From assembly GCA_016748015.1 (NCBI GenBank), contig JAAOMT010000289.1:1-64000 (forward strand): a DNA stretch of 64,000 nt, written 5' to 3'. Position 1 is the first letter of the stretch, and each line of letters starts with the position of its first letter. Made by a program: the position numbers and the translations under genes. The notes under the pieces were generated by a model. The model ran no database searches. It had not been told where the DNA came from and worked only from the letters and a program-made list of their open reading frames with translations. The DNA comes from Geosiphon pyriformis uo1 (lineage: Eukaryota; Fungi; Glomeromycota). Below, in pieces: positions 41,801-55,400 of this stretch.

Positions 41801-43664
41801 TTATTAATAATTTTTTGGTAAGTATTAGCATTAGTTTTTTGTAAAAACCAGATAACAAAATAGTCTTAAAAGTAACTACTAACAATTTAAAACTTGTTAT
41901 TCAGCATTATATTAGTTAACAATAGTTGCTTTTTTAAAATTGTTTAACTATTCAATTAAATCTTAAATATTATCTTTGAATAATTATAATAAAATATTGT
42001 TTTTTTGTCTTAAAGCAGTTTGTATACCTTGAAAAGTGACCAATATATTTGTTTGTATAGAATTAGCAGCCATTAATTTAGGAATAGTTGTTTGTATAAA
42101 AAAATCTAATTCATTTAAAAAAAGATCAAAAATAAAAGCAATTTAGCAATTTTTTTCTTTTGTTTTAAAAAAAATTTAGTTAGTTAATAGGCAACAATTC
42201 AAATATAAATTTAATGGTTTAAATATTCGAAATTAGAAGACTGTTGTTCAAAAGTTGTAAAGTATAAGAGTTAATTAATGTTATTGTTTCTTTCTTCAAA
42301 AAAGTTTTCAAAATAAGCTTAATTAAAAAAATAGATTATATATGCTGTATAGATTTTAGTTGAATGTTTATTCAAAAATTAGTTTCAAAAGTTTTAAAAT
42401 TGTTTACTAAATTGTTTTTTAACAAAAAAGCAAATTAAACAGAAAGGCAAAGAATTGAATTTAATGAAGTTTAAGTTATTTTTATTGTGTATTATAAAGT
42501 GTTTTTCTAATTGTTATAGTAAATAAAAATAATTACTTATATAATAAGAAGCAATTAAATTTTAACAACCTTACAAAAAGCACTATTTTTATGTTACAGA
42601 TTGAAATAACAAGCTAATGAATAGCAAGAAAAAACAGTATTATAAAGTAATAAAAATAATTAAAGAAAATTTTACAATAAAAAAGTGAATTAAATATATA
42701 TAAATTTAATGTGTATAATCAATCTTATAGAAATTATAGTTATTAATCTTTTCTGAAAATCTAAAGGTAAAGAAATAATTTGTAATTGTTAACAAAATAA
42801 TACTACTGCTATTATTTTATGTTTTACTTTGGTAATTTTTAGAATTAATAACAGATATTATTATGTTTTTTAATTATTTTTTTTATTTAATAAATTACAA
42901 AAACAAGCAATTGCTTTTTAAGCTAATTTTAATAATACAAATCAAGAAAAAAATAAAATAAAATATGTAAATACCAACAAGTAATTTTTTATTTCAAGAT
43001 ATTTAAATACTTAAAAATAAAAATAAAAAAACAAATAATATGAGAAAAAGTAATTGATAATGGTTTTTTATTTTGTTACTTTAATTATGTTTTTTTATAG
43101 CTAAAAGATTTATTATTTATATAATTATTAAAAGTAATTAATAATTACTATCTAAAAATAGAGTGGTTAATTATATAATATTATTGACTAATACATATAA
43201 TAACTAATAAAATTTGTGAGTTTTAACTGTAATAATATTATCAAGTTTTGTAAAAAAAATACTTTGCTGATTCACAATTTGTTTTTAAACTTAAGTCTGA
43301 ATTTAAAACAAATAGCAAAGACAAAAAAAAATATTTAACTAGTTTATACAATTTTTAATACACTAAAAACAATTTTTTAATATTTGTAAATATTTAAATA
43401 AAGAATTAATTTTAAACTATCACTTTTAATCACATCTTTTCTAGCTTTACTTGTTTAAGCACAAATATCTAATTTACTTTTTAATTGATTTTTAAAACCA
43501 AAAAACTTTATCAAAAGTTTAATTCAACAATTAAAACTAATCTATACTAACACTAATCTTCTTAATTTTTTAGCAAAAAACCAAAGTAAATACTCAAAAA
43601 CACCAGTCAATAAAAAACACTTCTGAACTTATTGAAAAATAAAAAAACAAAAAAAAACAAAAAA

Positions 43665-45517
43665 ACATAAATTTAATATTGAAGCTTTAGTATTTGCCAA
43701 AAAAAAAAGTAATAATACTTGTAAATTATCTAAAACTATATCTAAAACCAAGTTCAGATTTGTAATTGTTAAATTAACTAAGATAAAAGCAAAAAAAATA
43801 GAACTAACAATGCCAAATTTATATTACTAAGCCTATGCATAATATTGGACATCTAGTCAGCCAAGAGCTTTAAAAAATGTTCCATAAAAGCCAACCAATT
43901 ACTTATTACAGATATATTTTAAAAATTAGAGATCTTATTGCCCAAGAGTAAAGTATTAAAAAAAAGGAGTTCAGAGAAAAAAACAGAACAAACATTAATA
44001 AAAACTGCTATTAAAAACACTATTTGAGCTTAAAACTTGTCACTAAAAGCAGTAGATTAGAAAATAAACATATTTTTTTTTACATAAAAATGAACAAGTT
44101 AAAGACAATTTTGATCTAAAACAAATCTTTTATAAATTTTTTTTTGAACTAGAATAAAAAAACCAAAAAAGTTACACTTAAAAGAAAAATATTTAAAATA
44201 CTCACACTTTTTATACCAAATTAGATCCAATCTGGTTCAAAAAAACTTAATACCACCCAAAATAAGCTTTGTACAAAAGACAAATTCTAGTTTTTTATCT
44301 GATTCAAAACTAATTACAGCACAGCAAATCCTATTACTAATGTCAAATGATTAATTAATAACACAAGTTTTCTTACTGGCTTTTTTTAATAAATTGCCAA
44401 AATTATGAACAGTTATTTCCATAGAAAATGTAAACAAAAGTGCTCTGAATTAATTTTTAAACATTTAAGTATTATAATTTTTTATAGTTTTTGCCACATG
44501 TACTGAATTTTTTTCAATTAAAAATAACTATTTTGCTGCTAATTGATTTGTTTAAACTGAATTGGCCAATTTTATTATAGTTTTTTGTCATAGTTTAATT
44601 AGTTGTAAACAGATTAACACAATTTAACCAAATGCAAAAACTGTGGCAATAATTATTTATTTTGACATATTTATAAGAATTTTCTTAATTATTACAGCCT
44701 AATCTGACCTAATTTCTTATCTTTTGATATTGTTGTTTACAATAATCTTTTTCTTTTTGGCCAATAACACAGCTTTTTTTATGCTTTTTTTTAATATAAA
44801 CATAGATTAAATAATTTTTTCAAATTTTTGAGAGAGTAGTGGCCCCCAAAACCATTAATTAATGAAAAAATTTTTCTATTTATTTGAGTTTTTGCAATTG
44901 CTAATTTGCCATTTACTATTAAGAAACTAATATCTAATATAAAAAATTTTTTAATAAACTATTTTAATCTGAGTTTTTATTATCTTTAAGTTGATTTATT
45001 TTTTGTCAAAAAAAATATCAAGAAAAAAAAAGAGGAGTTCCATATCCTTATTCATTCTATAGTCAATTATACCAATAGAAAACCACAATTCAAGCCAGTA
45101 TTAATTCTTTTAGCATTAGAAATTGTTGCAACTGAGCCAAAAAAAAACTATTACTAGTATCTATTAATATATTACTAGCTTTACTATTATTGAGCTTACT
45201 ATTTATATCTGAGTATATATTATTGTTAAGATTAGATTTGACCAAAAAAATTTTTTATTATTATTTAAGTGCTTTATATTACTTATAAAAACCCTTTTTT
45301 TTTGAAAGAAAATACTTCTAATTGGACCATAAAAAACTCTTTTAAGTATTTTTTTTTAGACATATTGTCACTTAAAGCAGTCTTTAAGTTTATTATAAAA
45401 AAATTATTAACTTAAGAAATATTGAAAGCAATATTACTGAGAAATTAAAGACAAAACTTTTTTTTAAAAAATTGCTTTTTGGAGAATTTTGAACATAAAA
45501 AAAAAAGAAGTTTTTTT
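43665..45517 (-). mobile_element. Decayed LINE-4 (5' end and ORF1 only)
   Basis: Minus strand starts AAAAACTTCTTT like the other LINEs. It reads KIFSLINGFGG, FRALLFT, RICCAVISFESDK and AFMEHFLKLLAD, closest to LINE-3. Confidence 0.75.
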
Positions 45518-45638
45518 TATTTTTTATTTTAGTTATGATTATAAAATTTAAAAAAATTTTTTATAATATAATTTGAATTAAAAATAATATAATTATTTTA
45601 CAAAATATTTTAAATATTATTAATTAGAAAATAAAATT

Positions 45639-48600
45639 AAAAAACTTCTTTCTCTCATTCATCCCAAAATTTCCAAAAAGAGTTAAAAGTTTTTTCGAAA
45701 GAAGTTTTTTTAACATTTAGTATGATAAAACCAAACTGTTTTTTGATTTCAAGGCTACTGTTGGCCCTAGTATTGCCGTCATGAAGAAGGTTACTAAAAA
45801 ATCTGGTTTTGGTGAGAGTTTCAAGCCTGTTTTGTCAAGAAAAAAGAGAAAAGATGCTGCTTTAAAGAAGAGTGTTGGTGGAAAAGGGGTTCTGACTAAG
45901 ATGCCAGGTGGTTGTTCATGGGACTCTAAGATTGATAACACCACCAAGTCTGAAAGTATTGATATGGAGAAAGAATGTTTAGTAGAGAAAACTAGCTTTG
46001 ACTATGATGAGAGTGAAACTGTTGCTGATAAAAATCATGATCAGACACTTAAGGGGCCAGATATCAAAACTAAGAAAGTATTGGGCAAGTCATTGGGAAA
46101 AATAGATTTTTTAGGTCATGATAATAATGATGATGATGTTCTCTTGGATGTCCTCTTGGAACTTCCCCCTCTCTTGAGGAACTTGGTTACTGTTTCTGTT
46201 AGGAAATTTTTTGCTTTGGATATCAACTTGAATAAAGTAGTTGAAAAATCCTCTCATAAGAAACTGATGGTAATTAGAAAATTGTTTTCAAAAGTCAATG
46301 GTTTTGGGGGGCCTCTACTTCCTCAAAATTCTCAGAGATTATCCATGCTTTCTTCACTTCTGAATCTAGTTTGGCACAGGCTATAGAAAAGGCAAAAGCA
46401 GTAAATATTTTGGTAAATGCTGATCTCAAAAAATCAATTGGTTACTTAAATCGGGCTGTGGTGGTAAAAAAAATTCCAGTTAAAACATTAGCTAAGGCTA
46501 TGAGTGCTGCACTTTCTGAATTTGGTTCTGTTGTGTCAATCAAGATGCAATTAGTAGGGCTATGACAAAAGACTGTGGTTGAATTTGCCCAATTGGATCA
46601 AGCTGATTTGGTTGCAAATAGATAGTCTATCTTAATTAGGAAAGATGTTGTGAGAGTGGCCAAGGCTAATGTAGATAAGGAATCATAGAATGCTAGGGAT
46701 TAGCATAGGGCTTTACTCTATACACTGCCGATAAGCATCAATGCTTATAATATCTGGGACTTCATTGGCTCTGTAGATAAGAAAATGTGTGTTATTAATC
46801 AACACTCTGTTACATATGCTCAGGCCAAATGTGCTGTTGTTTGTTTTGACTCTGCTGCTTCAATTAATGCTGTTATAAGAACTACATCTGTTTTAAAGAG
46901 TGCCAATTTGTATTGGTCTTATCTGGATTCTGCTAAGTATAATTAATATGGGAATTTAGATCATACATTACTGAATTGTTCTGTGAATGAGAATGTTTCT
47001 CCTGGTGGCCCAACTCACAGGTTATTGTCAAATGATAATAAAAGCAGACTGGCTTCTATTTATGCTAGATGTTCTGCTCCAATCTCCCATTCTGTTTCTT
47101 TTGGTGGTGTTTCATGGGCCAATATTGTTGGTGGGTCTTCATTTTTTCCTCTCCCTATGCACAATAGTTCAGCTGCTTCTGGTTCCTCTTCAGAGATGAA
47201 ACCTACTCCAGTGGTGTCTATGGAATTGAATGATAGGTTTGCTGCTCTTGAATGTAGTCTTGCCAGTTTCACAGAATGCATTGACAAGTTGGCTAAGAGA
47301 TTAGACTCACCTGGGCCAATAGTTTCTCAGCCTAGCCCTGGATATTAACCATTGGTGACCTTTTTATCATAGAATCAAGAGGCAAATATAGTGATGAGCG
47401 AGAGTTCAGGTGTGGTCACTGGTGGTGAGGCTATTGCAGGAGTGGCAGTTTTTAATTTTTCAGTTATCTCTAAAATAGAAGAAACTTTGAACAATCTTTC
47501 AATTACAGTTATGAGCCTCTCAACCAAAATGTACAATGCTGGTTTGGTTTCTGCTGTTTATCATTCTCAATGATAAATCTGGTTTGGAAAATTGCAACAT
47601 ACAATGTTTGTGGTATTAATCTCTTTGTCAAGCAGGAAGACATTGTTCATTGACATGTAGAGTCTGGAAGTATAGTTTCTATTGTTATGGAAACAAAGTT
47701 AAGGTCTAATGCTAAATTTTGGATTATGAATAAGTTTGATGAGATGAAAATATTCTCTTCTGGTTTGGACAAAAGATTTTTTGGTGCTGGGGTGGCAATC
47801 ATTATAAACAATTTTTTTGCACGTTATGTGTTTAAGGTTAAGGAGGTTTCTGGTCATCTTACTTCTGTTTGGCTTTTTTTCAAGGGCAAGTTGTCAGTAG
47901 TGTTTTTGGGCCTATATGCAGATGCTTCTGCTAAAACCAGGTTTGGCCAAGCTTGCGAAATCAACTCTCTTATTGCTAAGGCTGCTAACTTCTCCATATT
48001 TGTGGTTCTGAGTGGTAATTTCAATAAGGATAGATATAAAAAAAGTACTAGTTTTAAGTTCTGCTTGGATTTGGAGTTGGTTAACTTCTTTAGTAAACAC
48101 TCTCTAATCAAAACTTTTACTTGGGGCAATTTCCAGGGTGCCGTAAGATTATTAACTACATTTTTGTGAGCAAAAGTTTGTCATCTGCATTGGCTGGTCA
48201 CAAAGTTACTTCTGTTTCTGATTTCTTTAACACTGATTATAATGCCATTTTGGTTTCAATTGGTTTAGATGGTTTCTTGAATGCCTGGCTTAATGGCGAG
48301 CATAAGCAGACCAATAAGAATAGGTAGAAATTCAAGATCAAGGATGCAGATGCTAATAAGTAGACACAATTTAGAGAACATTCATTGGACAAGTTCTTGG
48401 AATGTATAAATATGTTCAATAATGTAAAAATTACTAAAAATTTGGATGCTATGTAGAAGATCCTTAAGGAAGTGGTTACAAGCTCAGCTGATAGTGTGTT
48501 TTCTAAACACTGGTTTAGTGAATTTAATTGTTTGAAAAATAAGCAGTTTTCAAAGTTCTTTAAGCTGGAATTGTTAGTGGCCAAGTTGGTGAGATGTTTA

Positions 48601-51600
48601 AGCTCAGATCAGAAGTCAAAAGCTGTTTGTCTCTTTAAGATGTGATCTACTCTTGATAGTAAGAGGGCATCCAAAGCTTGCATAATGTTTAATAATAGTA
48701 AAAGTAGGAAGAGCATTTTTCTACACCTATTAGAAGTCAAAAAATTGTACCAAAAGTCCAAATACTATGAGTTTAGAGTGGTTAGAGACATTTTAATCAG
48801 AAAAACAATAGACAGGCACATGGAAACCTTCAGCTTCAATAAAAGACATATGATCAAAAGTGTTTTGGACAGGCTATTTAAAAAAGTAGTGCTGGATCAT
48901 TTAATAATAAATGATGAGTTAATTTTAAAACCCAAGGAAGTTAAATCTGCTGTTAATAGTATTATGGAAGGATGGACAAGAAAATGGGTTGCTCCCATCT
49001 CTCTACCTGTTTGTTGGTCTAATCAATATGGCCCCTTGGACTATGTCAGTGATAATGCATTCTCAAATATTATGAATGTAATTAGATCAGATGAGTTTCT
49101 TCTGGTGGTTAAAAGACTGCCTAATAGAAAAGCTGCTGGCATTTTTGGTATTCCTAATAAGCTATGGAAGCATAGAGATGCTCAGATTCTGGGTGGTTTG
49201 TTGGACATTCTCAATGTGTGTTTGAAGCTGGATACAGTCTCTCTACAGTGGAGACAAGCCTGGATCTCTATGATACTCAAACCATATAACTGGAAGGGGA
49301 CACTTACCAATACCAAACCTATAGCTTTAGTTGAAACAGCCAGAAAGATACTGTCTAAGGTTCTTTCTGACAAAATATTGTTGGCATATAGTAAATTTAA
49401 TGTCCTTCATGGTAATAATTTCTTAGTTTTAAAGGGTATGTCTACTCAAACTCCAATTTTTATCATTGGCTTTATCATTAAAGATGCACTTGAAAAAAAT
49501 AGAAAGCTGTGGCTGGTACTTCAAGATATGTGAAAGGCTTATGACTCAGTTGGATAGCCCCATTTGTAGAACAGTTTAGTTAGGATCAAGATGTGTTCTT
49601 ATTTTATTAAATTTTTTGGAAACATACACAATAGTTGGACTAACCAGGTGATGACAGACTTTGGACTTACTAATAGATATACTGTTCATGATGAGTTAGA
49701 TCAAGAGAAAGTTTTCTCACTATTGCTATAGGGAATTTTTTATAATTCTCTGTTTTATAAGATCAAAAAGCATGAGCAATTGTGTAGATATAGATTGAAT
49801 TTGAAATATTTTACTAGAACTGGTAGAGCTGACCCTAAGAGTAGCAAAACTTTTTTTTTTGCAACTGGTGCCTTTGTGGATAATACTATTTGGGTTAAGA
49901 ACTGCCTGGTGGCTACACAGTGTATTTTGAACATTGCAAGTGATTTTTTTTTGATCAATGACATTGCTATTAATACAGACAAAAGGATTGCTATTCCTAT
50001 TAATCAAGAGGCCAGAAAGGTTTTATTGTCTATTAGTGGTTCTAAAATCTCTATTGCCAAAAAAGATGAGTTCTACTGATACTTAGAAATTTTTCTTTTT
50101 ATGGATGACCTGTCTAAGCCGAGTTTGGCCAAAGCTTATTTAGATGTCAAGTTTTTTTCAAATGTGGTTTTAAGAAAAGCCATCACTAAGAAGCAGTTTC
50201 TATATTTGGTTTCTGCTGTTCTGTAGTCCATAATTAGATATAGATTGCAGTTCAGCTGTGTTTCCAAAGGTATATGTGAGAAATGGAACAAAATGTTGAA
50301 AAAAGAGTTTAAAGCTCAAGACCAATCTGCTTAAAAATTTTTTTAATAAAGCTTTGTATTATCTAAAGCTATATAGTTTAAGAACTTTTGAGCAAATACT
50401 AACTGAGAATCTGCTGGCTAGTCTGGTTAAATTTGTTAATACTGACAAAATCCTTAGTGAATTATTTGAACACAGAGCCATGGAGTTACAGACCACTAAC
50501 TGGATGTTCTGGCACCTTCTTAAATTTCCAATTAAGTTGCTGGTTAATTCTGCAAATTGCTTTTTAGCTGGTGTAATATGTACTCTCAAACTGTACAACC
50601 TATTATTGAGTGATGATTTGTTTGATGTTTTTTGGACTGGGAATAGTATTACAGTCTTGGATGTGCTCAGTTTTGAGTCTTATTTGGGCATAGTAAAGTC
50701 TCTTAAAAGATATGATGTGGTGTTTGCAAACCAGTTTCTGGACCACCATAGCAAGTGTTTTATGTGAGACACTTTTTGCAGGTGAAAGAAGCTGGACTCT
50801 AGAGGCCTGGTTTCTGCCTGGTTTGCTTCTTTGGTCAAATTTATCATTAATGGTGGCTTGTCAAATAGTGTGATATTGTTTTTTTATTCTATTCCCACTG
50901 ATTCTCTTTGTGACTTTGGTTACATTGGTGAGCATCTGCTGAATTCTGGGTTGGGTTCTATAACTATTTACACAGATAATTCCATCAAAAATTTGGGTTC
51001 ATTATGTGTTCGTGGTAGTGTTGCTGCCTATTTTCTAGATGTGGACACTAATGTTGAGATTAAGATGGATGAATTGCTGTTGTTAACTCTAGTGAAAATA
51101 CAGGCTATTGCACTTGCTTTGGAGTGTGTATCTGTTTCTCAATTAGTTGACTTGTATACAGACAGCCAAGCTTTGTTAGAATTATGTAAATTCACTAGTA
51201 GTATGGCTGGTTCTGACTTTCATGATAAATGCTGGATTGAAAAAGAACATATTTACCATGTCATTATAAAAAAAGGTTTGTTGATTACATGGAATAAGGT
51301 CAAAGGCCATTTTGGTGTTGTTAAAAATGAACATATTAATTTCTATGCTAATGCAGCTGTCATCTCTAAGTCCTTCCTGCCTCTTATGGTACCTTATCAC
51401 TTTCTCAATGTTGAAGGCAGACTTGTTTCCAAAAATGCTTGTTATGTTGCTAAAAAATTATTCAATACTGTTCACTCTGTTGGTTAAGAGACCAGATATG
51501 TTAATAGCATTATTGGTATGAGTATTAGTGGCTGTTTTGATAAAGTTCAAACCTTTTGTGTTTGGTATCCTGATGGCAGTATCAGATTTGACTACACTAG

Positions 51601-52389
51601 TACTGCATCAATGACACTTTGATTATACTTCATGAAAGTGCTCCATCATTGCTTGCCAATGGCCAAAAAGAAAAAAATGTATAATCCGAGTTATCCAAAT
51701 ATTGCCTACATTTGATGTGGTTTAGTGGAGGACTCTGATCACGTTTTTTCTTGCATTCATAATGTTAATGTTTGGAATATTTTATTGTTTAAGGCTACTT
51801 TGGAGTGAAATGAGTTGTTGGGCACTTTTGCTAATGGGAATGTAGTTGCTGATTTGCTAAATGAGGCTGCTTCTTTCATAGACTTGTTTACAGCACTGGC
51901 TAAGAATTTTGTTCTGAAGAATTGGGTGGTTGACATGTTGGGCTGTTTGGATGCTGACTCTGGTAGAGGTGCATTGGTTGTCAATTTTGTTTGTTATTTT
52001 GCTAAGAGACACAGGTCTGTCATTTGGCTGCCTGTGGTTGAATTGAGATCCTATTATAAAAAGTATAATCTTCTGCCACATGATGGCTCTTTTATTCCTT
52101 CAGTGTCTGGTTTGTCTTTATTGTGGTCTGCTGAGATAATTCAGAATTTCGGGTTCAGGCTAGATATCCATATGTGTTTTGGGTTGTATTTATGTTTAAC
52201 CAAATCAGATTTTGGTTTTTTGTGTGATGTTTCTGTGATAAGAAATCTAGGTGTGTAGTGCTGTTTTGATTGGCCCAAGTAGCTGGTCACATGTAGAAAA
52301 GGCATGAGCCATGCTTAATTTAGATTATGTTGATCTATATATTTAGGTAGTAGTTGGACTGCATTCATAAAACTTCTAATAAAAAAAAA
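45639..52389 (+). mobile_element. Non-LTR retrotransposon LINE-2 (ORF1 45781-47573; ORF2 47570-52258), inactivated
   Basis: Same architecture as LINE-1: WKIATYNV, SGNFN, TNTKPIALVETARKILSK, LQDM*KAYDSV, AFVDN, IYTDNS, YTDSQ, WNKVKGHFG; poly(A) 52381-52389. Confidence 0.92.
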
Positions 52390-52471
52390 TAATTAATTAG
52401 TTTTTTAATATTAATAATATTTATATGAACAATAATAAAGCAATAGTTATTTTTATTAATTAAATACATTT

Positions 52472-55400
52472 AAAAAAACTTCTTTCTTTTTTACCTCCAA
52501 AAATCCTTAAAAAGTGCAGTTTTTGAAAAAGAAGTTTTTTCTATTTTATTTTTTTTTGTTAGTTTATACCAATATTTTTTTACCTAATAATAATCCATTT
52601 TTCATAAATTTGGAGACTACTGCAGATAGTATCATATCTAAAAAAAAGGTGTCCAAAGGCACTTTTCATGGTCCTGTTGGTGATTTTTTTTCTCAGAAGA
52701 AGAAAGTAATCCTTGAAAATATTAAACACTCTGATAATAAGAAGAATATTTTTTTGAGTAAATCTGGGCCTGGTAGTAGTATATATTCTAATGTAGATAG
52801 TTTGTCTAATAAAGATAAAAATGTTAGCATGTTTGATGTAAATGGTGAATCTCTTTTAGGCTTAGCTGCTACCATGTCCAAGGTGAAGCATGTCAACAAT
52901 AGTGCTGTTTTTGGTTCTCTGTTTAGTTCTCTAAATTTTAGTATGGATAATAATAAAGTTGTTTTTCCTCTTTGTTTGTCTATCTTTCTAGACAAAAAGT
53001 GGATTGACCCAAAAATCATTAAGACTCCAGTAGAAGTTTTGGTCAAGAAATCATTTGCTTTGAATATTAATTTCTCAGCTATAGAAAGAAAATTAACAAT
53101 GGCAAAGACTCAATTCATTAGAAAATTATTTTCATCTGTCAATGGTTTTGAAGGGGCCACTACCTTCTTAAAATTTAAAGAGATTATCAAATCTATTTTC
53201 ACTTCAGAGATTAGCATGATGAAGACCACTTTATTGGCCAAAGAAAATGGAATTATCATAAATGTTGATATTAAGAAATAAGGAATACATTTAGATTGGG
53301 CTGTGGTCATTAAGAAAATTTTTATGGACATGCCAAAAAAAATGATTGTTACTGTAGTATTCAAATTTGGTGAAATTAAGTCAATCAAAATTCAGTTAAT
53401 TGGAATATGGCAAAAGGCTATAGTGGTATTTGCCAAATCAGGTCAGGCTGAACAGTTGGCTGCTAAATAGTCTTTCTTAATTGGTAAAAATTCAGTACAT
53501 GTGACTATGGTTGTAAGAGATCATAATACCTAAGCATCAAAGAATCAATTCAGGACTCTGTTATTTATGTTGCCTATAGGAACAACTGCTTATAATTTAG
53601 GCACTTTTTTGAATAAGGTTAGTGATAAAACTTACATTATTAATTACTTATTCAATATTGGCAACTGGATTTGCTGTGCTGTGGTTGGTTTTAAATCTGA
53701 TAAGAATTTGGATTCTGCATATTGCACTGAGCCAATATTTGGTGGCATTAAATTTTCTTAGACTAGGTTGAATTTGGTTTATTGTGAGAAGTGTAAGCAT
53801 TTTGATCATTCTGCTTTGGACTGTGATGTGTTGACTATATCTGCCTCTAAGTCTTCAAAAATCTTTAAAAGAGTCACATTGGAAGTGTGTTGTCTTTAGT
53901 TGACAAAGCTGTATACAAAAAAGTGTGTTCCTATCTTCCATTCTATTGCCTTTGGTGGCAAGTTTTGGACACAGGTAGTTTCTCTTGCTTTTTTTTCTGG
54001 TGATTCTTATTTTAGTTCTAGTTCTGGATCTGGTTCTTCTTTTTTTGATGCCTTATATGACAAAAGAAGCATTCTGGTTACTCAAAATGGTTTCTTAATT
54101 GGTGATTGTTTGGCTTTATTGGAACAACTCTTGGAATTGTTGGCTGATCAAGTGTTAGGTATTATGTACAGATTAAATAGTATGGAGCTGGTACTCCTGG
54201 TGCCTGTCTTTCAAGTTAAATCTCTAGTTGTTTCTGCTTTTATATTGTCAATGTCAGATGCTAATATGGTTTTGGATGTCCCATGGCTATTTCTCCCTTT
54301 TTCATCTCCTGTGGTAAAGGACAAAGTGGTGGATTTAGGTCTGAGTAGTTTAAAAGTTCTTACTTCTAAGATTGGCAGTTTGAAATCTAAGATAGTAGTT
54401 CTTGAAGTTTCTATTGGCTTAATTTTGGAGAAGTTAGATTTGTTGTGTACAAATTCAGGTTCCTTAATATATTATTTTTCTTAATAAGTAAGCTTATTTG
54501 AAAGGTGGTTACATGTAATATTAGGGATATGACAAATTTGGCTAAGCAAGAAGACATTATTCATTGGCATAAGGAATCAGGTAATATGATTTTTATTGTT
54601 ACTAAGACGAAATTAAGATCTAATATTAGGCCTTGAATCATAAGTAAGTTTGATAGAATTTGGGTTTTCACTGCTGGTCTGAATGTGGGTTTTTGTGATG
54701 CTGGCATTGCTATAATCATGGATATTTTTTTGGCTTGACATGTATTAAAAGTTGAAAAAATTTTTGGTCATTTGATTTTTGTGTGTCTTTTGTTTAAAAA
54801 CAAGCTTTTAGTTATAATCTTAGGTCTCTATACTGGTGCTTTGGTTGGCATATACTTTGGTCAAGCTGCTAATATTAACTTTATGGTTTCCAAAGCTATT
54901 AATTCCAGTTTTTTCATAATTTTGGGTGGTGATTTTAATGAAAATAAATCTAGAAGGAGTGCTAGCTTCAAGTTCTACTTGGGTTTGGGCCTGATTAACA
55001 CTTTTGATGGACATTCACTGGCCAAAGCTTCTACTTAGAACAATTCTAGAGGTGTTGAAAGGATGATCAATTTTGTTTTCATAAGTAGGAATTTGGCATC
55101 TACAATCATATTGCACAAAGTTGATGATATGTCAGAATTTTTTGATACAGATTATATGTTAGTTTTGGTTTCAATCAGTTTGAGTGAACTTCTGTATGCT
55201 TATTTTATTAGCACTTACAAGCAAACCAACCAAGACCAGTGGAAGTTCAGATTGAAAAATGCAAATGATGTTCAATGATTGGACTTTAAAGACTGTTCTT
55301 CTGCTAAATTGTTGATTAGGTCAGACATATTTAAAAATGCAAAAAACAATAATAACTTAAATACAATGTAAAAAATGCTAGAGAAAGTCATGGTACAAGT

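Larger units (their letters stand above)
27026..43234 (-). mobile_element. Heavily decayed gypsy element A2 (same family as A1), interrupted by element B
   Basis: LTRs ~27026-27672 (3') and ~42593-43234 (5') match the reverse complement of the A1 LTR. TSD ATAT, PBS remnant ~42570-42586. gag/PR/RT at 38855-42545 and IN tail/ORF3 at 27672-28650 align to A1. Internal deletion near 28650. Confidence 0.85.
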
